64,000 nucleotides of DNA. Source: an uncultured Nitrospiraceae bacterium. Its GTDB lineage: Bacteria > Nitrospirota > Nitrospiria > Nitrospirales > Nitrospiraceae. Every line of letters starts with the position of its first letter. Within the stretch, counting starts at the first letter, position 1. The position numbers were made by a program, and so were the translations under genes. Of the stretch, positions 1 through 9,264 are shown in pieces. The notes beneath the pieces are model-generated. The model saw only the letters and a list, made by a program, of their open reading frames with translations, was not told the origin of the DNA and did not search any database. The stretch spans positions 64,001 through 128,000 of the forward strand of contig CAVSTP010000004.1 in assembly GCA_963730935.1 (NCBI GenBank), in the 5' to 3' direction.

Positions 1-19
1 GTCATTATAGATTATGCGC

Positions 20-406
20 ATGAAGTGGCTCGCCGGCGCAGCTCTCATAGGGATCTTGGCCGTTCAGCCCGCCTGGGCGGCGGAGCCCGAGTTTGATCCG
101 GAGCAGCCGTTCAAGGGAATGGGGCAACGGCTGCTTGAGTCTTTTTTGGGCCAGGCGCTGGAAGCCTTGGACGATCATTTCGAGCTGTCCGGTACTCTCG
201 ATTCGAATGCGCAACAGAATGACCGGAAAAAAACCTTGCGGTTCAGGTTCTATCCGAACGGCAAATCCAAGTCGAACGACCACATTGCCGCCGAAGGGTG
301 GTTCGGTCCTTCGACCGACACCCGCCAGGATGAATTTCACTTCCGTTTTAGCATCCCGAAATCGTTGACCGAGTCCTCGTCCGATCTGCCCGAGAACGTG
401 CTGTAA
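20..406 (+). CDS. Hypothetical exported protein
   Basis: Signal peptide MKWLAGAALIGILAVQPAWA; no family recognised. Confidence 0.6.
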   Translation: MKWLAGAALIGILAVQPAWAAEPEFDPEQPFKGMGQRLLESFLGQALEALDDHFELSGTLDSNAQQNDRKKTLRFRFYPNGKSKSNDHIAAEGWFGPSTDTRQDEFHFRFSIPKSLTESSSDLPENVL

Positions 407-527
407 CGGGCCGGGACTCCGAAGACAATCCTTCCATTTGTTCGGTCTTTCGTCACATTCTTCGCTAGGTTTCCTTGCTCCAACTTGGGTATAATCCGCC
501 ACCTTCACCTTGATCAGGAGGAACTCC

Positions 528-1607
528 ATGGCGGAAAAAGACGACAAGAAGCGCGCACTGGATCTCGCTCTGTCCCAGATTGAAAAACAATATGGGAAGG
601 GGGCGATCATGAAGCTCGGTGATGCCGACGCGCCGGCGGACGTTCCGGCGATTTCGACGGGATCGCTCGGCCTGGATATTGCGCTTGGCGTCGGCGGGTT
701 TCCGCGGGGGCGTGTCATCGAGATTTTTGGCCCAGAGGCGTCGGGAAAGACGACCCTGACCCTGCATGCGATCGCCGAAGTGCAAAAGACCGGCGGCGTG
801 GCCGCTTTCATCGATGCGGAGCATGCGCTGGATCTGACCTATTCGAGAAAACTCGGCGTGGAGGCCGACGACCTCCTCGTATCGCAGCCCGATACGGGCG
901 AGCAGGCGTTGGAAATCGCCGAAACCCTGGTTCGCAGCGGCGCCATCGACCTGATCGTCGTGGACTCGGTGGCGGCCTTGACGCCGCGCGCGGAAATTGA
1001 AGGCGAGATGGGCGACGCGCACATGGGTTTGCAGGCCCGGTTGATGTCGCAAGCTCTCCGCAAGCTGACTGCCGCCATTTCGAAATCGCAAACGACGGTT
1101 ATTTTCATCAATCAAATCCGCATGAAGCTCGGCGTGATGTTCGGCAATCCCGAGACGACCACCGGCGGCAATGCGCTCAAGTTTTATTCGTCCGTCCGTT
1201 TGGACATCCGCCGGATCGAATCGATTAAGGAAGGGCAGGAAGTCGTCGGCAGTCGTGTCCGTGTGAAGGTGGTCAAAAACAAGATGGCGCCTCCCTTCAA
1301 GCAGGCGGAGTTCGACATTCTCTTTTCGCAAGGTATCTCGAAGGCGGGCGAATTGGTGGATCTCGGCGTCGACCGAAAAGTACTCGAAAAGTCCGGCGCG
1401 TGGTATTCCTACCACGGCGAGCGGTTGGGCCAGGGGCGCGATGCCGTCCGTGATTTCTTGGTCACGAATCAGCCATTGGCCCGCGAGATCGAAGGCAAGC
1501 TCCGCGAGATGGCCGGCGTGCCAGGCCGCACTGCTGAGAAACCCGTGCTCGTGTCGTCCAAAGAAGAGAAGCGCGACGAGAAGCGGTCCCACAAAGTCGG
1601 AGTGTGA
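528..1607 (+). CDS. recA: Recombinase RecA
   Basis: GPEASGKTT Walker [31 protein letters not shown] before ATG 528; TATAAT at 490-495. Confidence 0.99.
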   Translation: MAEKDDKKRALDLALSQIEKQYGKGAIMKLGDADAPADVPAISTGSLGLDIALGVGGFPRGRVIEIFGPEASGKTTLTLHAIAEVQKTGGVAAFIDAEHALDLTYSRKLGVEADDLLVSQPDTGEQALEIAETLVRSGAIDLIVVDSVAALTPRAEIEGEMGDAHMGLQARLMSQALRKLTAAISKSQTTVIFINQIRMKLGVMFGNPETTTGGNALKFYSSVRLDIRRIESIKEGQEVVGSRVRVKVVKNKMAPPFKQAEFDILFSQGISKAGELVDLGVDRKVLEKSGAWYSYHGERLGQGRDAVRDFLVTNQPLAREIEGKLREMAGVPGRTAEKPVLVSSKEEKRDEKRSHKVGV

Positions 1608-1633
1608 CGGCCGTATCCTGTTAAGGCGGAAGC

Positions 1634-2113
1634 GTGAAACGGCGCATAGCGCAGTCGGGGGACGAATGGTTCCACCGCGCCGTGCGGTACCTCGCCCGAT
1701 TCGACCGCACGGCTGCTCAGGTCGAACAGTTTCTCACCAGGAAAGGCGCTTCACGGGCCCAGGTCAAACAGGTTATTTCCCGTCTGTCTGCGTTGCGGTA
1801 CCTCGACGATCGGGCCTATGCCGCACGATGGGTCGAGACGACGCTGGCGCGCCGGCCGATGGGCCGTGACCGCCTCAAAAGTGAATTGATGGCGAAAGGG
1901 CTTGGTGAAACCCTGGCTGACGATGCCATCGTCGACGGCCTTGATGGCATGGATGAGGAAGCACTGGCGCGGCGGGCGCTGCGCCTCAAGGGCCGCGGCG
2001 GCGGGAGGACCCTACGCCAGCGCACCGTGTCTCTCCTCCGTCAGCGGGGTTTCCGAGAAGAGACCATAGAGCGTATCATGAGTGATTGCCCCGGCGAGGA
2101 ACGAGCATCATGA
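1634..2113 (+). CDS. recX: Regulatory protein RecX
   Basis: Directly after recA; YLDDRAYA, ELMAKG, LRQRGF motifs. Confidence 0.92.
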   Translation: MKRRIAQSGDEWFHRAVRYLARFDRTAAQVEQFLTRKGASRAQVKQVISRLSALRYLDDRAYAARWVETTLARRPMGRDRLKSELMAKGLGETLADDAIVDGLDGMDEEALARRALRLKGRGGGRTLRQRTVSLLRQRGFREETIERIMSDCPGEERAS

Positions 2114-4743
2114 CCCAGCGCGCACACGAGCTTCGGCAGGCCTTCATCCGCTACTTTGAGCAGCACGGACACCAAGCCGTGCCGAGCTCTCCGCTGATTC
2201 CACAAGCCGATCCGACGCTCCTCTTCACCAACGCCGGCATGAACCAGTTCAAGGGGGTCTTTCTCGGCCAGGAAACCCGTCGCTATCGCCGGGCCGTCTC
2301 TGCGCAAAAGTGTCTGCGCGCCGGCGGCAAGCACAATGACCTCGAGAACGTCGGCTACACGCGGCGGCATCACACCTTCTTCGAAATGCTCGGGAATTTC
2401 TCGTTCGGTGACTATTTCAAGGAAGACGCGATCACATTTGGTTGGGAATTTCTGACTCGAACGGTCGGACTCGATAAGTCCCGTCTGTGGATCACCGTCT
2501 TTCGTGAGGATGACGATGCCGAGCAGCTCTGGAAGAAGGTGGGCATCCCGCCGGCCCGCATCGTCCGTTGCGGAGAAAAAGACAATTTCTGGCAAATGGC
2601 TGATACCGGTCCCTGCGGACCCTGCTCGGAAATTCATTATGACCAAGGGCCGGCGGTTCCTGGAGACGACCGGCCGAACGGCGAAGGCGACCGGGTCATC
2701 GAGATCTGGAACCTAGTCTTCATGCAGTTCAACCGGGACGCGTCCGGAACACTTCATCCGTTGCCGAAACCCAGCATCGACACCGGAATGGGCCTGGAGC
2801 GGTTGACCGCCGTCGCCCAGGGTGTCTACAGCAATTACGACAGTGACCTGTTCATGCCGTTGTTGGCCGGGATCGGCGCTCGAGCTGGAAAGGAGTACGG
2901 AACATCAGAAGAGAGCGACCGCTCGATGCGGGTGGTCGCAGACCATCTGCGTGCCATCACCTTCATGATGACCGACGGCATTCTTCCGTCAAACGAAGGA
3001 CGGGGCTACGTCTTGCGCCGCATCCTGCGCCGTGCAGCCCGCCATGGGCGCCTGCTTGGGATCGTCGAGCCGTTTTTGTACGAGCTGACTGGTGCAGTCG
3101 TTCAGGTCATGGGCGGAGCCTATCCCGAGGTCCGGAGTGCCGCGGGCACTGTGGCCGAGGCGACGAAAGGCGAGGAAGAGCGGTTTATCGCGACGCTGGA
3201 TCAGGGGCTGCCCATCCTCACCGACATGATCGCGAAGGCGCGTTCAGGCGGACGGACGATGTTGCAGGGTCCCGAGGTATTCAAGCTCTACGACACATAC
3301 GGGTTCCCCATGGACTTGATTGCCGAAGCCTGCCGGGAGCAGGGCATGACGGTCGATGAGGCGGGGTTTGATGCGGCCATCGAAGAGCAGCGGAACCGTG
3401 CACGCAAGACCGGGGGCTTCGAGCAGGAAACCGCGCGGCCGGCCATTGCCGAATTGGCGGCCCGCCTCGGCGCAACGAAGTTTGTCGGCTACGACCGGTT
3501 GGATTCCGATAGCATTCTCCAGGCGATTCTCAAGGGCGACCGTCTCGTCAAGGAGGCGCAGGAAGGCGATGAGGTCGAGGTGGTTCTCGACATCACGCCG
3601 TTTTATGCGGAAGGCGGCGGTCAGATCGGGGATCAGGGTGTCCTGGTCGGGACGGAGGGCCGTCTGGAGATCAAGGAGACGACTCGCCCGGTGCAGACGG
3701 TGATCGTGCACAAAGGTCGGGTGAGTCAAGGGCGCATTCGCGAAGGCGAACAGCTGCATCTGTCGGTGAATCGAACGACGCGGCAAGACGCCGAGAGAAA
3801 TCACACGGCGACCCATCTCGTCCATGCGGCTCTGCGCGATCTGCTCGGTCCGCATGTCAAACAATTCGGCTCCCTGGTGGCACCCAACCGCCTTCGGTTT
3901 GACTTTGCTCATTTCAGGCCTCTGTCGTCACGGGACATCGACGAGATCGAAGCAGTGGTCAACGGTGAGATCCGGAGAAACGAACGGGTGCAATCCGAGG
4001 TCATGAGCATTCAGGACGCCGTGGCCAAGGGCGCCCTGGCCTTCTTCGGCGACAAGTACGGTGAACAGGTGCGGGTCGTCACGGTGGAATCCTTCAGCAA
4101 GGAGCTCTGTGGCGGCACCCATTGCCGACATACTGGAGAGATTGGGCTGTTCAGCATTGTGTCGGAAACCGGGGTGGCCGCCGGGGTCCGCCGGATTGAA
4201 GCGCAGACGGGGCATGGTGCCGTGGCCATGATGAAAAAGCTGGAGTCAGAGGTCAGAGAACTCTCGGACCTCTTGAAGGTCGGGCCTTCCGAGTTGGTGG
4301 CGAAGACCCGCAAGGTCATGGCGCAGCTCAAAGACAAGGAACGCGAGCTCGAAGAGCTGAAACTCAAGATGGCGAGCGGATCGGCCGTGGCCTCCACGGC
4401 CAAAACCGTCGCCGGCGTCCCTGTCCATGTCCAACGGACCGACGGCTTGGATATCAACGGGATGCGCCTGCTGGCCGACCAACTGCGGGACAAGATGAAA
4501 AGCGGAGTCGTCGCCTTAGGAGCCGCGACGGACGACGGGAAAGTGGCGCTGCTCGTCGTCGTCACAAAAGATCTCACGGCGAAAATCAAAGCCGGGGATC
4601 TCATCAAGCCTCTGGCGGCCGAAGTAGGCGGGACCGGCGGAGGCCGGCCGGAAATGGCGCAGGCGGGCGGCAAGGACCCCTCCAGGCTCAACGCGTCGTT
4701 GGAAAAAGTCTTTGGCTTGGTCGAACAAGCCCTTCAGCGGTAG
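2110..4743 (+). CDS. alaS: Alanine--tRNA ligase
   Basis: DPTLLFTNAGMNQFK, HHTFFEMLGNFSFGDYFK, editing HTATH and ELCGGTH, C-terminal GGGRP. Confidence 0.99.
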   Translation: MTQRAHELRQAFIRYFEQHGHQAVPSSPLIPQADPTLLFTNAGMNQFKGVFLGQETRRYRRAVSAQKCLRAGGKHNDLENVGYTRRHHTFFEMLGNFSFGDYFKEDAITFGWEFLTRTVGLDKSRLWITVFREDDDAEQLWKKVGIPPARIVRCGEKDNFWQMADTGPCGPCSEIHYDQGPAVPGDDRPNGEGDRVIEIWNLVFMQFNRDASGTLHPLPKPSIDTGMGLERLTAVAQGVYSNYDSDLFMPLLAGIGARAGKEYGTSEESDRSMRVVADHLRAITFMMTDGILPSNEGRGYVLRRILRRAARHGRLLGIVEPFLYELTGAVVQVMGGAYPEVRSAAGTVAEATKGEEERFIATLDQGLPILTDMIAKARSGGRTMLQGPEVFKLYDTYGFPMDLIAEACREQGMTVDEAGFDAAIEEQRNRARKTGGFEQETARPAIAELAARLGATKFVGYDRLDSDSILQAILKGDRLVKEAQEGDEVEVVLDITPFYAEGGGQIGDQGVLVGTEGRLEIKETTRPVQTVIVHKGRVSQGRIREGEQLHLSVNRTTRQDAERNHTATHLVHAALRDLLGPHVKQFGSLVAPNRLRFDFAHFRPLSSRDIDEIEAVVNGEIRRNERVQSEVMSIQDAVAKGALAFFGDKYGEQVRVVTVESFSKELCGGTHCRHTGEIGLFSIVSETGVAAGVRRIEAQTGHGAVAMMKKLESEVRELSDLLKVGPSELVAKTRKVMAQLKDKERELEELKLKMASGSAVASTAKTVAGVPVHVQRTDGLDINGMRLLADQLRDKMKSGVVALGAATDDGKVALLVVVTKDLTAKIKAGDLIKPLAAEVGGTGGGRPEMAQAGGKDPSRLNASLEKVFGLVEQALQR

Positions 4744-4747
4744 AATC

Positions 4748-5293
4748 ATGTCGGGATCGCGAATACTGGCGTTAGATTACGGAACCAAGCGGATCGGCGT
4801 TGCCCTCAGCGACGAGCTGGGCTGGACCGCGCAGCCGCTCGAGACCTTTGAACGCCGGACCCTCGACCGTGATGTGGCCCACGTCGCATCCCTTGTGCAG
4901 ACCCACGCGGTGAGGGAGGTCGTGTTGGGATTCCCGCTGCAGTTGGACGGGCGGGAGGGTCCGGCGATCCAGGCCATGCGGAATTTTGCCGTGCACCTGG
5001 AACAGGGATTGCCGGTTCCGCTGGTCTTCTGGGATGAGCGATTGACGACTAAAGCGGCGGAGGATCTGCTCATCGCCGCTGATGTGAGCCGGAAGAAGCG
5101 CAAGGGAGCCGTCGACCGTGTGGCGGCCGCCATCTTATTACAGTCCTACCTGGCGAGCCGTGAACAAGCGTCGCGGCCGGTCATGGACCACGATGAGTCG
5201 ACAATAGACAGCACCGATGAAGCTCCGGAACATTCTCATCGTCCTTCTGATCGTGGTCGCCGCACTCGGCATAGCCGCGTATCACGTCATTAA
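4748..5293 (+). CDS. ruvX: RuvX/YqgF pre-16S rRNA nuclease
   Basis: ILALDYGTKRIGVA, WDERLTT, DRVAAAILLQSYL. Confidence 0.95.
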   Translation: MSGSRILALDYGTKRIGVALSDELGWTAQPLETFERRTLDRDVAHVASLVQTHAVREVVLGFPLQLDGREGPAIQAMRNFAVHLEQGLPVPLVFWDERLTTKAAEDLLIAADVSRKKRKGAVDRVAAAILLQSYLASREQASRPVMDHDESTIDSTDEAPEHSHRPSDRGRRTRHSRVSRH

Positions 5294-6284
5294 GTGGGCT
5301 CAGGAGCCCGCCGTTCCCGCACGCCTGCGTCCGCCTTCCAAGACCGTCGCCATTCCTGAGCGCTCCACCTTTCAGCACGTCGCCGCGCTGCTCGAACGGG
5401 AAGAACTCATTAGAAGCCGGCTGGCCTTCGTGTGGTTGGGTCGGTTTCAATCTGCGGATCGAAAGATCCAGGCCGGTGAATATGAGTTGAATGCCGGTAT
5501 GGCGCCTGCCGAAATTCTCTCACGGCTGACGATGGGGCAGGTGGTGCTGCATCCCATCCTGATTCCCGAAGGCTTGACGATGGCGCAGATTGCGGACATC
5601 TTTGGGCAGCAGGGCCTGGTGGACCGCCAGGAGGCGCTGCGGTTAATGACCGATCCGACCTTCATCGCTTCACTGGGCATCAAAGCCGGCACGCTGGAAG
5701 GCTATCTCTATCCCGACACCTACAAGTTTCCGAAAGGCATCAGACCCAAAGAGGTCATTACGACGATGGTCGAGCACTTGCGGCAGGTGTATGGCCCGGA
5801 CCTCGAAGCGCGGGCGCAGGAGCTCAGGATGACGCAACATGAAGTTCTCACGTTGGCGTCTGTGATCGAAAAGGAATCGGGCTCGAATGGCGAACGGGAG
5901 GAGATCTCGGCGGTGTTTCATAATCGATTGAAGAAACGCATTCCCTTGCAGAGTGATCCTACCGTGATTTATGGTCTGCCGAATTATGACGGGAACATCC
6001 ACAAGAAGGATCTCTTGAGTCCGGGCCCCTATAACACGTACCGCATTGCCGGCCTGCCTCCGGGGCCCATTGCGAACCCGGGCATTCAATCGATTCGTGC
6101 GACGCTCTATCCCTCGAGCTCGCGGGCGTTGTACTTTGTGTCCAAGAACGACGGCACGCATCAGTTTTCGGCTACTCTCGAGGAGCATAACGAAGCGGTC
6201 GAAAAATACCAGAAGCGGCCCTTTAGAAGAGGGATGCATCCGCGTACGTCCTCGATGACTTCGGTTAAAAGAGTTATGCCATGA
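5217..6284 (+). CDS. mltG: Endolytic transglycosylase MltG
   Basis: N-terminal TM, LEGYLYPDTY, ASVIEKE, LQSDPTVIY, YNTY..GLPPGPIANPG. Confidence 0.96.
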   Translation: MKLRNILIVLLIVVAALGIAAYHVIKWAQEPAVPARLRPPSKTVAIPERSTFQHVAALLEREELIRSRLAFVWLGRFQSADRKIQAGEYELNAGMAPAEILSRLTMGQVVLHPILIPEGLTMAQIADIFGQQGLVDRQEALRLMTDPTFIASLGIKAGTLEGYLYPDTYKFPKGIRPKEVITTMVEHLRQVYGPDLEARAQELRMTQHEVLTLASVIEKESGSNGEREEISAVFHNRLKKRIPLQSDPTVIYGLPNYDGNIHKKDLLSPGPYNTYRIAGLPPGPIANPGIQSIRATLYPSSSRALYFVSKNDGTHQFSATLEEHNEAVEKYQKRPFRRGMHPRTSSMTSVKRVMP

Positions 6285-6961
6285 ATCAGGGTGACTGGAA
6301 CCTTCCTGCGTTAATCGATCACACGATCCTGCGTCCGGAGGCCACCAAGGCTGACGTGCTGCGCCTCTGCCGGGAGGCCAGGCAATACGCCTTCACGGTG
6401 ATCTTTATTCCGCCCTGCTACACGGCTGACGCGGTCGAGGCCGTTGCCGGATCAGCCGTGCGGGTGGGCATCCCCATAGGCTTTCCACTCGGTGGGCACG
6501 CGACCCGAATCAAGGTGGCGGAGGCAGTTGAAGGCGCGAGGCAGGGTGCTGTGGTCCTGGACATGGTGATCAACGTCAGCCGGTTGAAGTCCGGCGATCT
6601 CGACGCGGTCCGACAGGATATCGCCGAAGTGGTGCGAGCCACGCCGGATGCCGAACACAAAGTCATACTGGAAACCTGCTATCTCACCGATCAAGAAAAG
6701 ATGACGGCTTGCCGGCTGGTGGTGGAGGCGGGTGCCGACTATGTGAAAACGTCGACCGGCTTCGCGGCGGGAGGCGCCACCGCGGCCGATGTCAGGCTGC
6801 TGAAGGCTTCGGTGGGTGGACGGGCCAAGGTCAAAGCCTCCGGCGGCATCCGCGATTGGCACAGCGCACGGGAGATGCTTGAAGCGGGAGCCGACCGCAT
6901 CGGCACGAGCGCCAGTCTCAAGATCGTGGAGGAATGGTCGGCCGCAACTGTCAAACGATGA
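6281..6961 (+). CDS. deoC: Deoxyribose-phosphate aldolase
   Basis: IDHTIL, KVILET, VKTSTGF, VKASGGIR, RIGTS. Confidence 0.97.
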   Translation: MNQGDWNLPALIDHTILRPEATKADVLRLCREARQYAFTVIFIPPCYTADAVEAVAGSAVRVGIPIGFPLGGHATRIKVAEAVEGARQGAVVLDMVINVSRLKSGDLDAVRQDIAEVVRATPDAEHKVILETCYLTDQEKMTACRLVVEAGADYVKTSTGFAAGGATAADVRLLKASVGGRAKVKASGGIRDWHSAREMLEAGADRIGTSASLKIVEEWSAATVKR

Positions 6962-6967
6962 GGACCC

Positions 6968-7291
6968 ATGTCGTTGCGTAGAGACGTGCGGTATCAGGTG
7001 AAGTGTCCGGTGGCCTTCGTGGTGGACGGAAAGCCTGGCGAGGGCTCGACGTTTAATCTTTCACGGGGCGGCTGCGCGATTGAAACGGACATGTTCGCTG
7101 GCGTTGATGATCCGATCAGCCTGCAGATTACCGTGTCGAATCAGCCTTCGCCGATTCTGATCGAACTCGGCAAAGTGCGCTGGTCGACCCGCAAGGAATT
7201 CGGCGTGGAGTTCATGGTCGTCGAAGGACCCTCGAAGCGGCGGCTCGACGATTTTCTCTTGGCCGTGGCCAAGGACAAGTTGACGTCGTGA
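6968..7291 (+). CDS. PilZ domain protein
   Basis: RxxxR (RRDVR) and NxSxxG (NLSRGG) c-di-GMP motifs; FGVEF. Confidence 0.85.
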   Translation: MSLRRDVRYQVKCPVAFVVDGKPGEGSTFNLSRGGCAIETDMFAGVDDPISLQITVSNQPSPILIELGKVRWSTRKEFGVEFMVVEGPSKRRLDDFLLAVAKDKLTS

Positions 7292-7358
7292 CCGCCTAGT
7301 CGGCCTCCTCACCTGCGCGATCGACCTCCAGACATGGCGTTTCGAATGATGACAAGGT

Positions 7359-7386
7359 TTGCTGCTCCATTCCCATCTGTTATAGT
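7359..7386 (+). promoter_or_regulatory. Sigma70-like promoter, possibly leaderless mRNA
   Basis: TTGCTG-N16-TATAGT with TGn extension, 6 nt before ATG 7393; no SD. Confidence 0.5.
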
Positions 7387-7392
7387 GCGCCC

Positions 7393-8550
7393 ATGATCAA
7401 GCGCGTGATCTTGCTTGTCGTCGACGGCCTCGGCGTCGGAGCGGCAGAGGATGCGTCGAGTTACGGCGATGCCGCGGCGCACACTCTTGCCCATCTCGCC
7501 GAGTCGGCTGGAGGACTCAGTCTGCCGACCTTGGAATCGCTTGGTTTGGGCCATGTGACGGCCATACGAGGCGTGCGATCGATGGCTCAGCCGGTCGGCT
7601 GTTTCGGCCGGTTGGCTTTCAAGAGCAAGGGCGTCGATTCTCTTGTCGGCTTTCGGGAGATTGCCGGGTGTCTCACGGAAGACGAAGGGCGCGCATCCCC
7701 GGAGGGCTATTCGTCGGAGGCCAAGGCCGCGCTCGAAGAGGTATTTGGACTCAAGATCATCGGCGGCCACGTCGCGTCTGCAGCGGAAGCGTTACAGGAG
7801 TCGGGCGCGTCACATCTCTCGGCGCGTGCGCCGGTTGTCTGGACCGACGGGCGTCAGACCTGTCATGTGGCTGCCCATGACGAAGTGTGGCCCGTCGATC
7901 TGCTGTATCAACGGAGTCGGGAAGCACGAAAGGCGTTGAAAGATGCCTGGGGGATACGACGCGTTGTCGCGCATCCCATCGTCGGCACTCCCGGCGCATT
8001 GCAGTTTGGTCCCGGCCGTCGGGATTTTGCCGGAGAACCACCGGCACAGACGATGCTGGATGTCCTGAATCGCGCGAGCCAAATCCTCATCGGCGTCGGC
8101 AAAGTTGGGGATTTGTTCGGTGGAAGAGGATTGACGAGGTCGGCGCTCGTATCACGCTGGACGGACGCGTTGGATGAGATCAGCGGCATGTTCAACAAAG
8201 TTCCGCGGGGACTTATCTTTGCCGGCCTCGATGTGATTGGATCGGATGCAGCCACGTCCGCCATGGCAATTCAGGACTTCGACCGCCGCCTTCCAAATTT
8301 GTTGGATCGATTGCGACCGGGTGATCTGTTCATCATCACGGGCGATCACGGACGTGACCCGGGCAAGGCGCATGCGCTTCCGACCCGGGAATGCGTCCCT
8401 CTGCTCATCACCGGTCCGAAGCTGGCCCAGGGTGTCAACCTGGGTGTGCGGCCCACTGCGGCTGATCTCGGGCAGACAGTGGTCGAAGGCCTCAAGGGTG
8501 AATCCTTGACGATCGGCGACAGTTTTCTCGAGGTGCTCCGGCCGGGATGA
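7393..8550 (+). CDS. deoB: Phosphopentomutase-like protein with degenerate active site
   Basis: RVILLVVDGLGVG, GVGKVGDLFGGRG, ITGDHGRDP, TRE.VPLL; near deoC. Confidence 0.8.
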   Translation: MIKRVILLVVDGLGVGAAEDASSYGDAAAHTLAHLAESAGGLSLPTLESLGLGHVTAIRGVRSMAQPVGCFGRLAFKSKGVDSLVGFREIAGCLTEDEGRASPEGYSSEAKAALEEVFGLKIIGGHVASAAEALQESGASHLSARAPVVWTDGRQTCHVAAHDEVWPVDLLYQRSREARKALKDAWGIRRVVAHPIVGTPGALQFGPGRRDFAGEPPAQTMLDVLNRASQILIGVGKVGDLFGGRGLTRSALVSRWTDALDEISGMFNKVPRGLIFAGLDVIGSDAATSAMAIQDFDRRLPNLLDRLRPGDLFIITGDHGRDPGKAHALPTRECVPLLITGPKLAQGVNLGVRPTAADLGQTVVEGLKGESLTIGDSFLEVLRPG

Positions 8551-8557
8551 CTCCGAC

Positions 8558-8592
8558 ATTTGAGATGTAGAATCTGAGATTTGAGATCTGGA
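8558..8592 (+). repeat. Five degenerate heptamer tandem repeats
   Basis: ATTTGAG ATGTAGA ATCTGAG ATTTGAG ATCTGGA. Confidence 0.65.
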
Positions 8593-8595
8593 AGC

Positions 8596-9054
8596 ATGGG
8601 GTACGAAGATAAATTGAAAGCGCTCGGATTGGAGCTGCCGGAGGCACCGAAGCCGGTGGCCACCTATGTCCCCGCTGTGAAGACAGGCAGTCTGTTGTTC
8701 CTTTCTGGGGTGCTGCCGATGCGGAATGGTCAATTGGCTTTTGTAGGAAAACTCGGCCGTGAAGTGAGCCTGGCGGATGGAGTGGAGGCCGCGAAGGTGG
8801 CGATTCTGAACGCGCTAGCGATCGCCAAGCAGGAACTCGGAAGTCTCGACCGGATCACGCGGGTCGTGAAAGTCGTCGGACACGTGGCTTCGGCCGAAGG
8901 GTTCACCGATCAACCTCAGGTGTTGAACGGCGCCTCCGATCTTCTCGTCGCGATCTTTGGCGAAGTGGGGCGGCATGCACGTGTGGCCACAGGAGCCGCC
9001 GAATTGCCGCGTCGAGCTGCTGTCGAAATCGAAGTGATTCTGGCTGTGTCCTGA
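8596..9054 (+). CDS. RidA/YjgF family protein
   Basis: ATYVPAV, LSGVLP, NGASDLL, GRHAR, VEIE. Confidence 0.92.
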   Translation: MGYEDKLKALGLELPEAPKPVATYVPAVKTGSLLFLSGVLPMRNGQLAFVGKLGREVSLADGVEAAKVAILNALAIAKQELGSLDRITRVVKVVGHVASAEGFTDQPQVLNGASDLLVAIFGEVGRHARVATGAAELPRRAAVEIEVILAVS

Positions 9055-9102
9055 CCGGCCGCATGAAGGCCCTCCGCCGGTTTGCCATGTCCTTTCATCG
9101 GC

Positions 9103-9132
9103 TTGACACCTGAAAAAACCACTTGTTATAGT
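9103..9132 (+). promoter_or_regulatory. Sigma70-like promoter of IPT/TIG gene
   Basis: TTGACA-N18-TATAGT with TGn extension. Confidence 0.6.
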
Positions 9133-9264
9133 CCGTCGTCCCTCGCTTCACGCTGCACCCCGGTTGTTCCTTCCCGAACTCGTGCGTGGGGTTCTCGTGC
9201 CACGCAGGGCCTTCTGAGTATGGTTCCAAGACAGGGTCGATTGGTGTTTCAGACCTGTTTTCCT

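Noticed and set aside
421..500. LexA/SOS box upstream of recA
   Set aside because: No convincing match to the CTGT-N8-ACAG, GAAC-N4-GTTC or GTTC-N7-GTTC boxes.
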